NCBI GenBank assembly: GCA_035633215.1
Contig: DASQFI010000033.1
Location: 25,521-89,520 of the forward strand
DNA length: 64,000 bases
Direction of reading: 5' to 3'
Origin: Vicinamibacterales bacterium
GTDB lineage: Bacteria > Acidobacteriota > Vicinamibacteria > Vicinamibacterales > SCN-69-37
Shown here one piece after another: positions 61,900 through 64,000 of this stretch (its first letter is position 1; every line of letters starts with the position of its first letter). The notes under the pieces are model-generated. The model saw only the letters and a program-made list of their open reading frames with translations. It ran no database searches and was not told where the DNA came from. The translations under genes were made by a program, and so were the position numbers.

Positions 61900-63855
61900 C
61901 TAAGAGGTTATGAAGGGTCGCCGGAGCATCCACCGGTAGAGCCACACGATCAGCCCGACGAACGTCGCCACCCCGATCAGGTTCGCGGGCGCGAAATCCC
62001 CGGCGACGAGCGCGAGCGGCGCCTCGTTCCTCGTCGCGACGATCAGGCCCGAGTTCAGAACCCCGAAGAGACTCTCCCCGACGATCAGGCCGGACGCGAT
62101 GAGGACGCCGAGCCGCTCTAATCTCGGGCGATCGGCCGCGCGTTTCCCTTTCACACGCTCGTTGTACCAATGTCCGATCACGGCCCCGACGACCACCGCG
62201 AAGGTCGCCGACATCGGCAGGTAGATGCCGATGCCGACCGCGAGCGGCGGAATGCGCAACCGCTTCAGCGCACCGAGCGTCTCGTCCAGGAGAATCACGG
62301 CAATTCCTACGAGCACGCCGACGCCGATCATCTTCCAGTCGAGGTTGCCGCCGATGACGCCCTGCGCCAATGCGGAAATCAGGGTCGCCTGCGGCGCGGG
62401 TAACGGATTCTGCGCGATAACTCCGATGTTCGGCGCGCCGGCAAAGCCGTTCGACTGCGCCAGCAGGTTCAGTACCGGCGGAATCACGATCGCCCCGGCA
62501 ATAACGCCGACGATGAGCGCGATCTGCTGCCGGCGCGGCGAGGCGCCGACGAGCTGTCCGGTCTTGAGATCCTGCAGGTTGTCGTTCGAGATCGTCGCGC
62601 AGGCAAACACGATGGCCGTGACGAAGAGCGCGAAGGCGATGAGCGCCGGGCGGGTGTCGGCCGTCGGCGGAACCGCCAGCACCAGCAGGGTCGCGCAGCT
62701 CACGATCGACAGGATCCCCACGCCGGAGATGGGGCTGTTCGACGCGCCGATGAGTCCGGCCATGTAGCCGCAGATCGCGGCGATCAGAAACCCGCCGACC
62801 AGCACGAACGGCACCGCGATGAACACCAGCGTCGCGACGTGGGACGCGATCGGCGTGCCGCCGACGAACGAGACCGCGAGAGCCGCCGATAGCGCGAGAC
62901 AGGCGATCGTGAGGCCGATGATCCAGCCTGACGACAGATCCCGGTCGCGCTCGTCGCCCGTGGCCTGGGCGCGCGACGACGCGATCGTGCTGACCAGTCC
63001 GCCCACGACCGGTTTGGCGAGCTTGGCGAGCGTCCAGATCGCCGCCACGGCAATCGTGCCGGCGCCGATGAACCGCACCTGATGCCGCCAGATGCCAGCC
63101 GCGTGCGTGGCGAGATCCACGCCAGCGGGCACCGGCTGCAGGTACGTGAGGATCGGCACGCCGCCGACCCACGCGATGAGCTGGCCGACGAGCATGGCCA
63201 TGCCGACCGACAGGCCCACGAGGTGGCCCGCACCGACGAGCGCCAGCGAGAATGCGATGTCGTAGCCGCTCGCGATCCCGCGGCCGAGGCCAAAGAAACC
63301 CGAGACACCCCCCGCCGCGATGCGCGTGGACGTGAAGATCGCGAGACCGGCCGACGCGACCGATCCGAGGATCACGGCCCTGAGACCCTCGCGCGCTTCA
63401 CCAGTTTCGTCCCTGGTCTCGCCGCGCGTGCCCGATCCGACCTTCAAGACTTCGGCGGCGGCCACACCTTCCGGGTACGGCAGGTCGGACGTGGTCACGA
63501 GCGCGCGCCTGAGCGGGATCGTGAACAGCACGCCAAGGATGCCGCCGGCGACGCAGACGAGGCACGACGTCCAGAACGGAAACCCGCTCCACCAGCCGAC
63601 GATGACGAGACCGGGCAGCACGAAGATGATCGCCGACAGGGTGCCGGCGGCCGACGCGACGGTCTGGACGATGTTGTTCTCGAGGATCGAGGAGTCGCGG
63701 ACCCGGCTCAGGATCGCCATCGAGATCACGGCGGCCGGAATGGACGAGGCGAACGTCAGGCCGACCTTGAGGCCGAGGTACACATTCGCCGCGGTGAAGA
63801 CTGTGGTGAGGAGGACCCCGAGCACCAGGCCGCGAATTGTGAGCTCCTTCGGCAT
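61900..63855 (-). CDS. OPT-family oligopeptide transporter
   Basis: 651 aa, polytopic. MPKELTIRGLVLGVLLTTVFTAANVYLGLKVGLTFASSIPAAVISMAIL is a typical OPT N-terminus. Confidence 0.88.
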   Translation of the reverse strand: MPKELTIRGLVLGVLLTTVFTAANVYLGLKVGLTFASSIPAAVISMAILSRVRDSSILENNIVQTVASAAGTLSAIIFVLPGLVIVGWWSGFPFWTSCLVCVAGGILGVLFTIPLRRALVTTSDLPYPEGVAAAEVLKVGSGTRGETRDETGEAREGLRAVILGSVASAGLAIFTSTRIAAGGVSGFFGLGRGIASGYDIAFSLALVGAGHLVGLSVGMAMLVGQLIAWVGGVPILTYLQPVPAGVDLATHAAGIWRHQVRFIGAGTIAVAAIWTLAKLAKPVVGGLVSTIASSRAQATGDERDRDLSSGWIIGLTIACLALSAALAVSFVGGTPIASHVATLVFIAVPFVLVGGFLIAAICGYMAGLIGASNSPISGVGILSIVSCATLLVLAVPPTADTRPALIAFALFVTAIVFACATISNDNLQDLKTGQLVGASPRRQQIALIVGVIAGAIVIPPVLNLLAQSNGFAGAPNIGVIAQNPLPAPQATLISALAQGVIGGNLDWKMIGVGVLVGIAVILLDETLGALKRLRIPPLAVGIGIYLPMSATFAVVVGAVIGHWYNERVKGKRAADRPRLERLGVLIASGLIVGESLFGVLNSGLIVATRNEAPLALVAGDFAPANLIGVATFVGLIVWLYRWMLRRPFITS

Positions 63856-63868
63856 GAGCGGGAATTAT

Positions 63869-63914
63869 GACCTCGGGTGTCTTTTTACGGTATGCGTAAA
63901 AGACACCCGAGGTC
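63869..63914. promoter_or_regulatory. Near-perfect 19/20-bp inverted repeat hairpin (GACCTCGGGTGTCTTTTTAC - GGTATGC - GTAAAAGACACCCGAGGTC) in the divergent region between the OPT gene and a Tat-signal gene
   Basis: Read directly. One-nucleotide bulge (5 T vs 4 A). Starts 14 nt upstream of the OPT start codon. Confidence 0.7.
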
Positions 63915-63937
63915 TTATCGGTGTAATGTCTCGGGCC

Positions 63938-64000
63938 ATGGCGATCAATCGACGGGATTTCATTCACATCGCGGCGCTCGGCACGGGCGCAGCCGCCGTT
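63938..64000 (+). CDS. Start of a Tat-secreted protein (partial, continues beyond window end)
   Basis: ATG at 63938 then MAINRRDFIHIAALGTGAAAV, a twin-arginine motif NRRDFI followed by a hydrophobic stretch. Not in the ORF track because the window truncates it. Confidence 0.5.
   Translation, partial: MAINRRDFIHIAALGTGAAAV

Noticed and set aside
1-64000. rRNA, tRNA or other structured RNA genes
   Set aside because: I looked for tRNA T-loop (GTTCGAATC-like) and anticodon-arm patterns and for rRNA-like stretches in all intergenic regions larger than 80 bp and found none. A proper tRNAscan/Infernal run would be needed to be certain.

Overview
High-GC (about 68%) bacterial chromosomal window. 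Several gene families point to Acidobacteriota, but this is an inference: paired FtsX/MacB-like ADOP permeases and carboxypeptidase-regulatory-domain TonB-dependent-like outer-membrane proteins, DUF6596/TPR-extended ECF sigma factors with YciI partners, and many secreted Gly-rich proteins. I support about 55 protein-coding genes and found no rRNA, tRNA, CRISPR, transposase or integrase. Main blocks: (i) 1-3.7 kb secreted PEBP (partial), DUF1028 hydrolase, a truncated metallophosphoesterase remnant and mgtE. (ii) 3.9-12.2 kb ADOP permease, a Pro-rich/CarbopepD/cupin fusion protein, the YciI-ECF sigma pair, an OMP barrel, a LolA-like protein and a TPR lipoprotein. (iii) 12.3-20 kb secreted enzymes, an ECF sigma/anti-sigma/secreted-protein operon and a VapBC pair. 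(iv) 21.3-31 kb two tandem TonB-dependent-like receptor + ADOP permease modules with a DUF4259 gene. (v) 31-36.8 kb flotillin gene divergent from a sigma-54 activator that is followed by a cupredoxin and an Xaa-Pro aminopeptidase. (vi) 36.9-43.5 kb complete reductive pyrimidine catabolism cluster (dihydropyrimidinase, beta-ureidopropionase, mmsA, PreA-like dehydrogenase, NCS1 permease) bracketed by unusually long perfect inverted repeats. (vii) 43.5-50 kb tricorn protease operon, a second VapBC pair, a lipoprotein and a LysM protein. (viii) 50-58.3 kb amidase + alpha/beta-hydrolase, cysteine synthase, VOC enzyme and a Ser/Thr kinase-FGE-hydrolase fusion. (ix) 58.3-63.9 kb OPT transporter - serine hydrolase - response regulator - histidine kinase operon. 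The most notable non-coding signal is a recurring intergenic architecture of locus-specific tandem octamer arrays, often organised as long palindromes, plus two perfect inverted repeats of 23 bp and 34 bp flanking the PreA-like gene; the 34-bp one overlaps the transporter start codon. Three genes carry single-nucleotide frameshifts, all in short G/C runs, so they are either homopolymer sequencing errors or real pseudogenes. All functional calls come from reading the translations and recognising motifs. No database search was run.
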